From sequence record LC819006.1: 64,000 nt of DNA, one strand, 5' to 3'. The position numbers and the translations under genes were made by a program. Within the stretch, counting starts at the first letter, position 1; the number at the start of each line of letters is the position of its first letter. Of this stretch, positions 19,014 to 27,300 are shown in pieces. Below the pieces are notes generated by a model, which did not search any database, was not told the origin of the DNA, and saw only the letters and a program-made list of their open reading frames with translations.

Positions 19014-20046
19014 CTTCAAGTGCACTTTCTGTTCGTCCACCGATATCCAGGGCGAATCTCCTAACCTGGATATCGAGTACATCAAGCTTTACCTGGAGCG
19101 TTTTCCTCAGACTCCGACTATCATCGTAAATGGTGGTGATCCACTGATGATGAAGCCTGAGTACTACTGGGCGATCTTGAAGATCATCGAGGACATGGGT
19201 CTTAAAACCACGCTCTCGTTTACAAGCAATCTGTGGGCTTTCTATAAAAAGCCTAGCATGTGGGTGGACTTGTTCCGCCATCCGCTTGTAGGGGTCTCTA
19301 CGAGCTTCCAATACGGTAATTCACGGCTTAAGGGCGACCTCACTCCGTTTACCGAGGAAGAGTTCTGGGAAATTTCCAACATGATGCTCGAAATGGTTGG
19401 ATATCGTCCTTCCTTCATCGCAGTCATCACGAAAGAAAATGAACATACCGCGATCAAGACTGTCGAGCTTGCTAAACAGATGGGTGTTGTCTGCAAGCTT
19501 AACTATGCAATGGCGTCGGGACCTAAGACGTGGTTCAAGGGGATCCAGATCGGCAGTGCCGACAGCACCTACGTCCTTGCCGACATCTATGAAAAGTATA
19601 TCGAGATCGCCCAAGCGGGTCTCGCGCCGTGGGAACATAACACGACGGTCATGATTAACAGGCTCAAGGGCCTGCAAAATCAGATGTGTCCTCAGGCTCG
19701 TCAGTGCGATGAAGGTATTCGTGCTCTCCAGCCTGGTGGCAAGTATTACAGCTGCGGTGCGTTCGGGGACGATGGATTATATCCTATCGACTTCGCCAAT
19801 GAAATGAAGGGTGGTTTTGAAACCCCTCTTCGTCATCAGCCTGAGCTTCAATCGCTCAAGGACAGCTGCTACGAGTGCCCGTTGTTTGAAATCTGCAACG
19901 GGTGCCGTAAGACCACGCACGATCTAAAACGTCTTGACCTGGTGGAAGCCCACTGCTCCAAGATGAAGACGCTTGCTCCGAAAATCATTGAACTCAATGG
20001 GTTAACAGGAAAGCTTATTCCGACGCCCTATGTCAAGGAGACATGA
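18970..20046 (+). CDS. radical SAM/SPASM-domain protein
   Basis: CNFKCTFC, NGGDPL, CPQARQC..YYSCG..CYECPLFEICNGC..HC. Confidence 0.9.
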   Translation: MNHPSLIIKPTEACNFKCTFCSSTDIQGESPNLDIEYIKLYLERFPQTPTIIVNGGDPLMMKPEYYWAILKIIEDMGLKTTLSFTSNLWAFYKKPSMWVDLFRHPLVGVSTSFQYGNSRLKGDLTPFTEEEFWEISNMMLEMVGYRPSFIAVITKENEHTAIKTVELAKQMGVVCKLNYAMASGPKTWFKGIQIGSADSTYVLADIYEKYIEIAQAGLAPWEHNTTVMINRLKGLQNQMCPQARQCDEGIRALQPGGKYYSCGAFGDDGLYPIDFANEMKGGFETPLRHQPELQSLKDSCYECPLFEICNGCRKTTHDLKRLDLVEAHCSKMKTLAPKIIELNGLTGKLIPTPYVKET

Positions 20047-20591
20047 TGGAACTGCTTCAGCCTTGGAAAACCAGCATCGGCAAAATGTCTGTCCTCGAAT
20101 TCGTGGATATCGACGCGATGCTAAACGAAGTCATGCAGCACCCGATGGTGATGGACAATCCGCGCAACGGCGCGCTTCGGGTGAAGTATGAGGAGTTTCC
20201 GATCTGTTCGGATGTGCTGGAACACAAGCTCAAGCCGGAAGTCGAGAAGTACATCGAGATGATCGGTGGACGCGCTCCTCGCAGCCTCGCCTGGAGTAGC
20301 TGGTTTCACATCTGCATGCATGGTAACGGACTCATCCCTCATTACCATGACGAGGCACTGAATTCCGTTCTGTATTTTACAACGTCGAAGGCTAATCTGG
20401 TGCTACGCGACCCTCTGTCTTCTCAAGCGAGACAATGGCCGCAGGACATGCGCAAGACGATGCACGCCGACCAACAGTTCCACCCAGTCAAGGGCGATTT
20501 CCTGATGTTCCCTGGATACGTCGACCACTACGTTATGGCAGATGAGCCGGACTTCCGGATCTCCATGGCAACTGACTGGATCTTTAGATAA
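20043..20591 (+). CDS. 2OG-Fe(II)-type oxygenase (HxH variant)
   Basis: PHYH..SVLY..RDP..GDFLMFPGYVDHYV..RISMA. Confidence 0.75.
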   Translation: MMELLQPWKTSIGKMSVLEFVDIDAMLNEVMQHPMVMDNPRNGALRVKYEEFPICSDVLEHKLKPEVEKYIEMIGGRAPRSLAWSSWFHICMHGNGLIPHYHDEALNSVLYFTTSKANLVLRDPLSSQARQWPQDMRKTMHADQQFHPVKGDFLMFPGYVDHYVMADEPDFRISMATDWIFR

Positions 20592-20599
20592 GGTAAGTC

Positions 20600-21544
20600 A
20601 TGCTGGCTAACGAATCCGGGATTATTAATATCTCGTTGAACCCAACCTACTACTGTAACTTCCGCTGTGACTTCTGTTACCTCACGAAGAAGCAGCTGAA
20701 CACTCAGGACTACCTGCCTGTGTCGGGTATCCGTAAGAAGCTTCAGGAGATCCTGGATTCGGGACACCAGATCGGTCACGTGGATTTCTATGGCGGTGAG
20801 GTCATGCTCCTGCCGATTCCCTATCTGCAGGAAGTGGAAAGTCTCCTCTTCGACGAGTTTCAGATCGAAGATGTCGAGATCATCACGAACCTCTCGGCCT
20901 ACAAAAAACCGATCGTGGAAGACACGCGATTTGGTCTTTCTGTGAGCTACGATTTCGAGCATCGAGCCCAGCACGAACACGTGTGGCAAAACATGCTAAA
21001 AGTCCCGAAACCCTTTACTGTATTGACTTTGGGGGTGGGGGGCGTGCTTGAGAGTGACCCTGCTGAACTGGTCGAAAAGATCAATTTGCTGGAGAATTGC
21101 AAGGCTTGGGAAATCAAGCCGTACAGCAAGAACCAGGCGAATCAGCTGGACGTCACAGACAAGCAATTCGAAGAGTTTGTCAAGAAAATCATCGAGTATC
21201 CGAACAAGCAGTTCGAGTTCTTGAATGAGACGAAACTTCGAACCATCAAGTTCCGCGACTACAACGCATTCTCCGACAACCATGTCTACATCACGCCCAA
21301 GGGTAACTTCGGCGTGTTGGAGTTCGACGAGAATGATCGTGAGTTCTTCCAGGAACTGAAGACCTTCGACGCTTATGTCATGTGGACTCAAGGCGAGAAG
21401 GCTCGCGTCATGTCGAACGCAACCTGTGGTAGCTGTCAGTACATGGGCAAGTGTGCATCCGAGCATCTGCGCGATGTCCAGTCCATGGAGAACAGCTGCA
21501 ACGGCTTTTACAACCTGATTCAATGGTACGAGGCACGACCATGA
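20600..21544 (+). CDS. radical SAM protein
   Basis: CNFRCDFC, YGGEV, C-terminal CGSCQYMGKCASEH..CNG. Confidence 0.85.
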   Translation: MLANESGIINISLNPTYYCNFRCDFCYLTKKQLNTQDYLPVSGIRKKLQEILDSGHQIGHVDFYGGEVMLLPIPYLQEVESLLFDEFQIEDVEIITNLSAYKKPIVEDTRFGLSVSYDFEHRAQHEHVWQNMLKVPKPFTVLTLGVGGVLESDPAELVEKINLLENCKAWEIKPYSKNQANQLDVTDKQFEEFVKKIIEYPNKQFEFLNETKLRTIKFRDYNAFSDNHVYITPKGNFGVLEFDENDREFFQELKTFDAYVMWTQGEKARVMSNATCGSCQYMGKCASEHLRDVQSMENSCNGFYNLIQWYEARP

Positions 21545-22098
21545 GCGTAAGTCGCATGTGGGAAACTCCCATCGGCGAACGTAATCTGGAACCGAAGGTT
21601 ACGTTCTACAAATTGCTGGATGAGGTAATGAGTCATCCAGCAATTATGCAAGACATCAAAGTCGGCTCGCTTCGTATCTCCGATCGAAAAGACGAATTCC
21701 CTGAGTGCACGCGTTTCATCGAGCACCATCTCATGGACGAGATGAAAGGGTACGTCTATCAGGAATTCGGCGCTCGCGTCAAAGACGTGAAGTGGTCGGC
21801 CTGGGTTCATACGTGCTTCGGTGGTACGGGACTCGTTCCGCACTACCACATGGGGCCTGAGCATTTCGCCTCCATTCTGTATCTGACTGACTCGAAAGCA
21901 AGTCTGATCATTCGAGATCCGCGTGCCAACATGGTCCGTAATTTCCCTCAGGAGTTGAAACATAACTTCGCGGACTACAAGGTCGATCCTCGGGTAGGTG
22001 ACTTCGTGATTTTCCCTACTTACCTCGATCATTACGTGATGGCGGCTGAGCCCGACATGCGCGTCTCGATCGCAATCGACTGGTGCCTTGATGATTAA
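21541..22098 (+). CDS. 2OG-Fe(II)-type oxygenase (HxH variant), paralog of 20043..20591
   Basis: PHYH..SILY..RDPR..GDFVIFPTYLDHYV..RVSIA; ATGA overlap. Confidence 0.75.
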   Translation: MSVSRMWETPIGERNLEPKVTFYKLLDEVMSHPAIMQDIKVGSLRISDRKDEFPECTRFIEHHLMDEMKGYVYQEFGARVKDVKWSAWVHTCFGGTGLVPHYHMGPEHFASILYLTDSKASLIIRDPRANMVRNFPQELKHNFADYKVDPRVGDFVIFPTYLDHYVMAAEPDMRVSIAIDWCLDD

Positions 22099-22759
22099 CC
22101 CTTTGAAACAAGAAGACATCGACCGTCTGAAGGAAACGATGAAGACTTCTCCCATCATTCTCGAACGCAAGCCGTTCAATTCGACCGACTTTCTGGGCGA
22201 TTACCTGACGAAGGGGTTCTACTCCTTTAGTGCGAAGCATCTCATGGTGCCTATCGAAATCCAGCGTTTCGAAGTCGTCAAGGTGAAACACGAAGACAAC
22301 TGCTTTCATGCAGAAGGTCACGAGTTCCACAACGACTACATGCGTCTGTCAATCGAACAACTCGGCCGCGATCTGCGCCGCTGGCTCTATGAAGTGCCGG
22401 TTGAACTCACGTTCGACTTCTTCACAGACTCGGTCAACGATCACGTGCAGCACTGGCATAGCGATGCGCAGTACGCAATGCCCGAACAAAACGCAACCAT
22501 CAACTGTTTCTTCGACAACACGTCGGAAGCAATCGGCGGGCGTTTCGACATGGCTCCGTATAGCGCGGATATCATCGGTACGAAAAAGCTCCCGGGCTAT
22601 TTCACGTCGATCTACCCGCAAGCCTACGACGTGATCATCTTCAACCAGAACCGGAACTTCCTGCATAAGGCAATTCCATCGCACATGAAGCGTCGCATGG
22701 TTTCATTCGCGGCAACCTTCGCAGACATCAACCCACTTCTTCCGAATTGGCAGCCATGA
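22091..22759 (+). CDS. 2OG-Fe(II) oxygenase (HxD...H)
   Basis: HWHSD..GGRF..FLHKA..RRMVSF. Confidence 0.75.
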   Translation: MINPLKQEDIDRLKETMKTSPIILERKPFNSTDFLGDYLTKGFYSFSAKHLMVPIEIQRFEVVKVKHEDNCFHAEGHEFHNDYMRLSIEQLGRDLRRWLYEVPVELTFDFFTDSVNDHVQHWHSDAQYAMPEQNATINCFFDNTSEAIGGRFDMAPYSADIIGTKKLPGYFTSIYPQAYDVIIFNQNRNFLHKAIPSHMKRRMVSFAATFADINPLLPNWQP

Positions 22760-23337
22760 TTGACACCGGCGAATTCATCAGCGAGTATTTGACCAAAGGC
22801 TTTTATCGTTTCGATGCATCGGAGGTTCTTTCCAGATTCGATATCAAGGCTTTTGGGACGATCAAGAAAACGGACGCAACATTCGACACGGAAGATCCGG
22901 CAGAGCGCTACAAGGCTTATACGCCAGCGCAAACGGTACTCCTGCGTCAATTGTTGAAGGATATCTCTGAAGTCTACTTCAGCGACCTCAACCACGAGCT
23001 CCGTTTCAACGATATGTGGGCGTCGGCGAACCCGTACACCTACTCCTGGCACAACGACACACTGCGCTGCTGGCCTGGTTTCAACAGCAATGTGAACTGC
23101 TATTTCGATAGCATGGATGAAGGAATCGGTGGGGCGTTGCAGATGCACCCGATGGTGGAAGATTACGATTCGATCGCAGACGACAGTCCGCTGATTGCCG
23201 AAGTCTTCCCCCAGAAGTTCGACATCATCGTCATCAACCAGAACAGCACGTTCCTGCACCGCGTCCGTCATACGGAAGAGAAGCGCACGATGCTCTCGTT
23301 CGCAGCAGGCTTCTTCGACTTCAATCCGGTCTTCTGA
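22756..23337 (+). CDS. 2OG-Fe(II) oxygenase, paralog of 22091..22759
   Basis: SWHND..GGAL..FLHRV..KRTMLSF; ATGA overlap. Confidence 0.75.
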   Translation: MIDTGEFISEYLTKGFYRFDASEVLSRFDIKAFGTIKKTDATFDTEDPAERYKAYTPAQTVLLRQLLKDISEVYFSDLNHELRFNDMWASANPYTYSWHNDTLRCWPGFNSNVNCYFDSMDEGIGGALQMHPMVEDYDSIADDSPLIAEVFPQKFDIIVINQNSTFLHRVRHTEEKRTMLSFAAGFFDFNPVF

Positions 23338-23339
23338 TC

Positions 23340-23759
23340 ATGCAAGAATGGAAGATGTGGAGAGAGGTCTACAACAACCTCGTTACGGATCACACCGATG
23401 CAAGACACAAGCACGCCTTCGTCGTCAGTGACACAGTCGTCGACGACGCAATCGAATACATCACGAATCGCAGTGAACTGGGCCGCTATCCAGGCAAAAG
23501 TCGAATCGTGGCTATCATCTATGCGACGTGCATTTCGCGTACTTACGGAGAGGATCTACTCGAAGTTCTCGACGATCCTGACCTCTTCCATAGCCCGGAC
23601 GAATTCTTTGTCCCGTATTCGCAAGACAAAGACACCTACGATGCGATCCTTGCCCGTCTCAAAGACATCCCTGGTTGGATTGAAGGGGGCTGGGCACCGA
23701 AGACGGTTGAATACTTCAACCTGGAGTGTACTGAAGCGGGCGTAGCATCGATCAGCTGA
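23340..23759 (+). CDS. hypothetical protein, last gene of the rSAM cluster
   Basis: 139-aa ORF starting 2 nt after the previous stop. Confidence 0.65.
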   Translation: MQEWKMWREVYNNLVTDHTDARHKHAFVVSDTVVDDAIEYITNRSELGRYPGKSRIVAIIYATCISRTYGEDLLEVLDDPDLFHSPDEFFVPYSQDKDTYDAILARLKDIPGWIEGGWAPKTVEYFNLECTEAGVASIS

Positions 23760-23791
23760 TCCTATAGTGTCCGACTAACTAGGGGATTATT

Positions 23792-24178
23792 GTGGGCTTC
23801 GATCTCACCAAACTCGGCAACGCTTTTCAGACTTTGACCACGTGGGTAACCGCTGGTCTGGCAAAGAAAGCAGACGCCACAGCAACATCCAATGCTCTGG
23901 CCACTAAGGCAGATGCTACTGCGACGACCAATGCACTGGCTGCCAAAGCCAATGCTACAGATCTCGCAACCACCAACACAAATCTGTCGAACCTCACGAC
24001 TACCGTGGGAACGAAGGCAGATGCGACGGCAACGTCGAATGCATTGGCAACGAAAGCTGATGCAACCGCCACCACCAATGCCTTGGCAGGCAAGCAGAGT
24101 ACGGTTCTGACAGGAACGGCTGCTCCTGCTGCTGGTGTGGGTAATAACGGTGACGTGTTCCTCGTAACCGATACCTGA
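23792..24178 (+). CDS. short tail-fibre-like repeat protein
   Basis: KADATAT(S/T)NALA repeats and a C-terminal GNNGDVFL motif; N-terminus shared with 49463..50218. Confidence 0.6.
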   Translation: MGFDLTKLGNAFQTLTTWVTAGLAKKADATATSNALATKADATATTNALAAKANATDLATTNTNLSNLTTTVGTKADATATSNALATKADATATTNALAGKQSTVLTGTAAPAAGVGNNGDVFLVTDT

Positions 24179-24185
24179 TGTACGA

Positions 24186-24219
24186 CATATACTCCTGGGC
24201 TTGCGCCCAGGAGTATATG
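24186..24219. terminator. bidirectional hairpin between convergent genes
   Basis: CATATACTCCTGGGC-TTGC-GCCCAGGAGTATATG. Confidence 0.75.
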
Positions 24220-24230
24220 CTCTATGTCTG

Positions 24231-24920
24231 TCAACCACCGCCGCTATACCAGTTGTTTTCCCAGATGAAACAAGGAACTGCGATTGCTGCATTCGGGTCA
24301 CCCGTACCAGTTCCAGGATCCCCTGCCGGATAAGTGACCCCGTTGTTGGCTTCAACGAATGGAGCCGAACCAACTTTACCAAGCAGCATATAGGCTGAAC
24401 GATACGCGAAGTTAGCATTGCCATAAATACCAGCAGTGCCGCCAACACGATAGACAGCTGCTGGCAGGCTGTTTCTCAGACGACCACCATACGGTTCATC
24501 GAAGCTCACCAGTGCAAACAACTGGCCGGTGGGCATTGCGTTGAGGTCGTTGGTCAACGCATCGATCTGACCGCTAACGGGAGGTTGCGTATTGTCCTTC
24601 AGGTACGCGTCTTCACCGAATACGTCGTACTGTCTGGAAAACGTCATATTGCCGTACTTGTCGAACTGAATCAGGTTATAGCTTCGGCCCGCCGATTCGA
24701 TTTGTACGCCGTCTCTCCAGATGCCTTTGTTGGCCGACGGATAGAGTGTCTGTGAAAGACCGAGCGCAAAGATCGAAAAGTTGTGACGACCAAACGTTTG
24801 CTTCCAGACTCCGCCTTGTTTGACATAGACCGAGTTTACCCGTTTCCAGGCCCCGGCCGCCTTGTAGTAGATTTGAGCAACGTGATGCCAGGCACTCGCT
24901 GCTTTAGAATAAATGGTCAT
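24231..24920 (-). CDS. tail-associated protein with KxGGxWK repeats and an ILEI/PANDER-like domain
   Basis: MTIYSKAASAW..YKAAGAWK..VKQGGVWK, then GRSYNLIQFD..YDVFG..LVSFDEP..FAYRSAYMLLGKVG. Confidence 0.6.
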   Translation of the reverse strand: MTIYSKAASAWHHVAQIYYKAAGAWKRVNSVYVKQGGVWKQTFGRHNFSIFALGLSQTLYPSANKGIWRDGVQIESAGRSYNLIQFDKYGNMTFSRQYDVFGEDAYLKDNTQPPVSGQIDALTNDLNAMPTGQLFALVSFDEPYGGRLRNSLPAAVYRVGGTAGIYGNANFAYRSAYMLLGKVGSAPFVEANNGVTYPAGDPGTGTGDPNAAIAVPCFIWENNWYSGGG

Positions 24921-24921
24921 G

Positions 24922-25644
24922 TTAATTAGGATAAAGTCCGGTACTGGGGGTGAATGCGGAAGTATACAGACAATAATTGTAAATACGAACACGATCCAGA
25001 TAACCGTTAAATCCAGCGTAGGTTGAGCCGGAGAGTCGGTTATCGTAATACCCAGCGATATTCAGATTGCCGCCGAAACCAACAGTACCCAAGGCTGATG
25101 TACTTGATCCCGCCACTGCACCATTCACAAACAGGTAAGTAGTCGATCCAGCACGCCCTAAGGCAAAATGATTCCACGAGTTGTTGGTAACGGCGATATT
25201 GCCGGTGAGGAAAGCTGTATCGCCCGTTCCACTCGGCGTACGTAGAGCCAGTTTCAGGTTATCAAGATGCCAGCGCCATACGCCGCCAGTAGCGCTATAG
25301 GCACCATACGAAAGGATGGTGTTATAGCCGCCTGTGTAAAGGGTATTACCTTGTCCGAGACAATAACCCCAGGCTTCCATCCAGAAGTCACCAGAAAACT
25401 TCAGATCGGAGGTAAGCGGAGTTGCAAGATAAACACTTCCTCCCGCGGCCACTTGGCTTTGGTTAAGACTTTTTGTACCGTTCTTCGATTGCGCAGTAGA
25501 TAGAGTGAGTCCGCCGCCTCCACCCGCGGTTGAAAAACTTCGACTGGTAAGAACAGAGTCCTTAACAACTGCATCTTCGAAGTCCAGTGCCATGCTGAGT
25601 CCGGGCACTGAAGCTTTCTTGCTTAAAAGCATCGCGTCTAACAT
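24922..25644 (-). CDS. LamG/concanavalin A-like lectin-domain protein
   Basis: MLDAMLLSKK tag; GDFWMEAW..WNHFALGRAGSTTYLFVNG..LNIAG..FNGYLDRVRI. Confidence 0.75.
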   Translation of the reverse strand: MLDAMLLSKKASVPGLSMALDFEDAVVKDSVLTSRSFSTAGGGGGLTLSTAQSKNGTKSLNQSQVAAGGSVYLATPLTSDLKFSGDFWMEAWGYCLGQGNTLYTGGYNTILSYGAYSATGGVWRWHLDNLKLALRTPSGTGDTAFLTGNIAVTNNSWNHFALGRAGSTTYLFVNGAVAGSSTSALGTVGFGGNLNIAGYYDNRLSGSTYAGFNGYLDRVRIYNYCLYTSAFTPSTGLYPN

Positions 25645-25703
25645 AACTGTTCTCAGTAAATGATCATAAAATCTTGTGACAATGCTGCTTTTTAGGAAAC
25701 AAT

Positions 25704-26180
25704 ATGTTGACGCCAATAATGATGTCGAAGAAGAAAGCATCGAATATAGGCGGAACTTACAGATACCTTCGCCTAAACAACATCCTGCCACCGTCTGGAA
25801 CCAGTTATGCAATGATAGTTGAAATCGAAGTTTTCGATTCATCTGTCGGGACTAATTGGTGCTGGCAACCTGGAGTAGTGGCTTCAGCTTCGAGTTCATA
25901 TACTGGTCAGCCTCCTTCGGCCGCTATCGATGGCGTCATCGGTACGAATGCAGGAAATCGCTGGACGTCAAATGGCGGTACTGGCCAATGGTTTATGGTC
26001 GACTTCGGTCAAGCCCGATACTTTGATTCGATTCAGTTGGCGGTATGGACTGGATTTAACCAGGATCCGACCAGTTTCACCATTCAGGGCAGTAATAACG
26101 GTAGTACTTTTACCGACTTGAAATCCGTGAATCGTGGACTCTATCCCAATCTCACACTTACTGAGGTATACAAGACATGA
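25704..26180 (+). CDS. F5/8 type C (discoidin-like) carbohydrate-binding protein
   Basis: ASASSSY..PSAAIDG..RWTS..QWFMVDFGQARYFDSIQL..FTIQGSNNGSTFT; MLTPIMMSKKK tag. Confidence 0.75.
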   Translation: MLTPIMMSKKKASNIGGTYRYLRLNNILPPSGTSYAMIVEIEVFDSSVGTNWCWQPGVVASASSSYTGQPPSAAIDGVIGTNAGNRWTSNGGTGQWFMVDFGQARYFDSIQLAVWTGFNQDPTSFTIQGSNNGSTFTDLKSVNRGLYPNLTLTEVYKT

Positions 26181-26974
26181 ATTACGATCCGGTTTACACC
26201 GCGGGGATCCAGAAGGCGATCAACGAGAAGGCTGGTCAGAATCTCAAACCCGACGGTGCGTTTGGTCCGATGTCAGTCGCAGCACTGCGTACCTGTCAGG
26301 CAAAGCTGGGTTGTCCGGTTACCGGCGTTTACGATGCGGCAACTTCGGCAATCCTCGATCCGTTCATCCGTCAGAAGTACTTGACGATGGCGTCGTTCCA
26401 GGCTGCTGCCCAGGCACTGGGCGTCACTCCCGCTCACGTTCGTACCGTGTGTGCTGTGGAATCGAATGGCGCAGGCTTCCTGCCCGATGGTCGCGTGAAG
26501 ATTCTCTTCGAACGCCACTGGTTCTCGGCATCCCTGATTGATCGCAAGATTCCGAACTACCAGACGCTTGCTGCTGCTAACAGCGACATCATCAACCATA
26601 CGCCTGGTGGTTACATCGGCGGAACGGGCGAGTATCCACGTCTGGCACGTGCGATCAAGATCGATCCGTACTCGGCTTACTACGCGGCTTCCTATGGTCT
26701 TTTTCAGATCATGGGCTTCAACGCATCGTTCGCGGGTTACGGTACGCCTGAAGCGCTTTACAATGCCTGCCAGCAATCGGAAACGAATCAGCTGCTCGCA
26801 TTCGTGAGTTTCATCAAGAACTACCGCGCTGGTGTTCTGTGGACGGCACTCAAAGCGCAGGACTGGGTGAAGTTTGCTCTGAACTACAACGGTTCGAACT
26901 ACAAGGCGAACCAGTACGATACGAAGCTGGCTACCAACTTCGCGACGTACACCAACAACATCAACGCGGCATAA
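26177..26974 (+). CDS. modular endolysin (PG-binding domain plus DUF3380-type muramidase)
   Basis: PDGAFGPMS..TGVYDAAT PG-binding repeats; AVESNGAGF..KILFERHWF..ASYGLFQIMGFN..YNG..Y..NQYDTKL. Confidence 0.85.
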   Translation: MNYDPVYTAGIQKAINEKAGQNLKPDGAFGPMSVAALRTCQAKLGCPVTGVYDAATSAILDPFIRQKYLTMASFQAAAQALGVTPAHVRTVCAVESNGAGFLPDGRVKILFERHWFSASLIDRKIPNYQTLAAANSDIINHTPGGYIGGTGEYPRLARAIKIDPYSAYYAASYGLFQIMGFNASFAGYGTPEALYNACQQSETNQLLAFVSFIKNYRAGVLWTALKAQDWVKFALNYNGSNYKANQYDTKLATNFATYTNNINAA

Positions 26975-26982
26975 AGCGACTA

Positions 26983-27012
26983 TCCTACTCCTGCCTTACG
27001 GCAGGAGTAGGA
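26983..27012. terminator. bidirectional hairpin between convergent genes
   Basis: TCCTACTCCTGCC-TTAC-GGCAGGAGTAGGA. Confidence 0.75.
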
Positions 27013-27021
27013 GTCTTTCGT

Positions 27022-27300
27022 TTAATACGGCATTGTGCTAGACAGACGAACCATCACGCCACTGGTTTCGTCAAAGCGAAGATCGCCTTTGCGCATCACG
27101 CCAGCGTTAGGCTGGCAGAACTCGATGATCTGACCGTCGGTTGTTTTCACGTCGTAGTACGACTTGATGTAACCATTGCCGTCGAAGGGACGCCAATCGA
27201 AGTAGTCGTATCGGTGTTTAAACCGACCACCACTTTCGAACGATTTGATCTTCTCATCGTCAAAAGCTTTCTTCGCCTTATCCGCCTTCAAAAACGACAT
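27022..27300 (-). CDS. hypothetical protein
   Basis: 92-aa ORF whose start overlaps the upstream stop. Confidence 0.55.
   Translation of the reverse strand: MSFLKADKAKKAFDDEKIKSFESGGRFKHRYDYFDWRPFDGNGYIKSYYDVKTTDGQIIEFCQPNAGVMRKGDLRFDETSGVMVRLSSTMPY

Noticed and set aside
23860-24090. KADATAT repeats and other short repeats considered as a CRISPR array or VNTR
   Set aside because: They are in-frame, synonymously diverged protein repeats with no constant-repeat/unique-spacer structure, and no cas genes are present.
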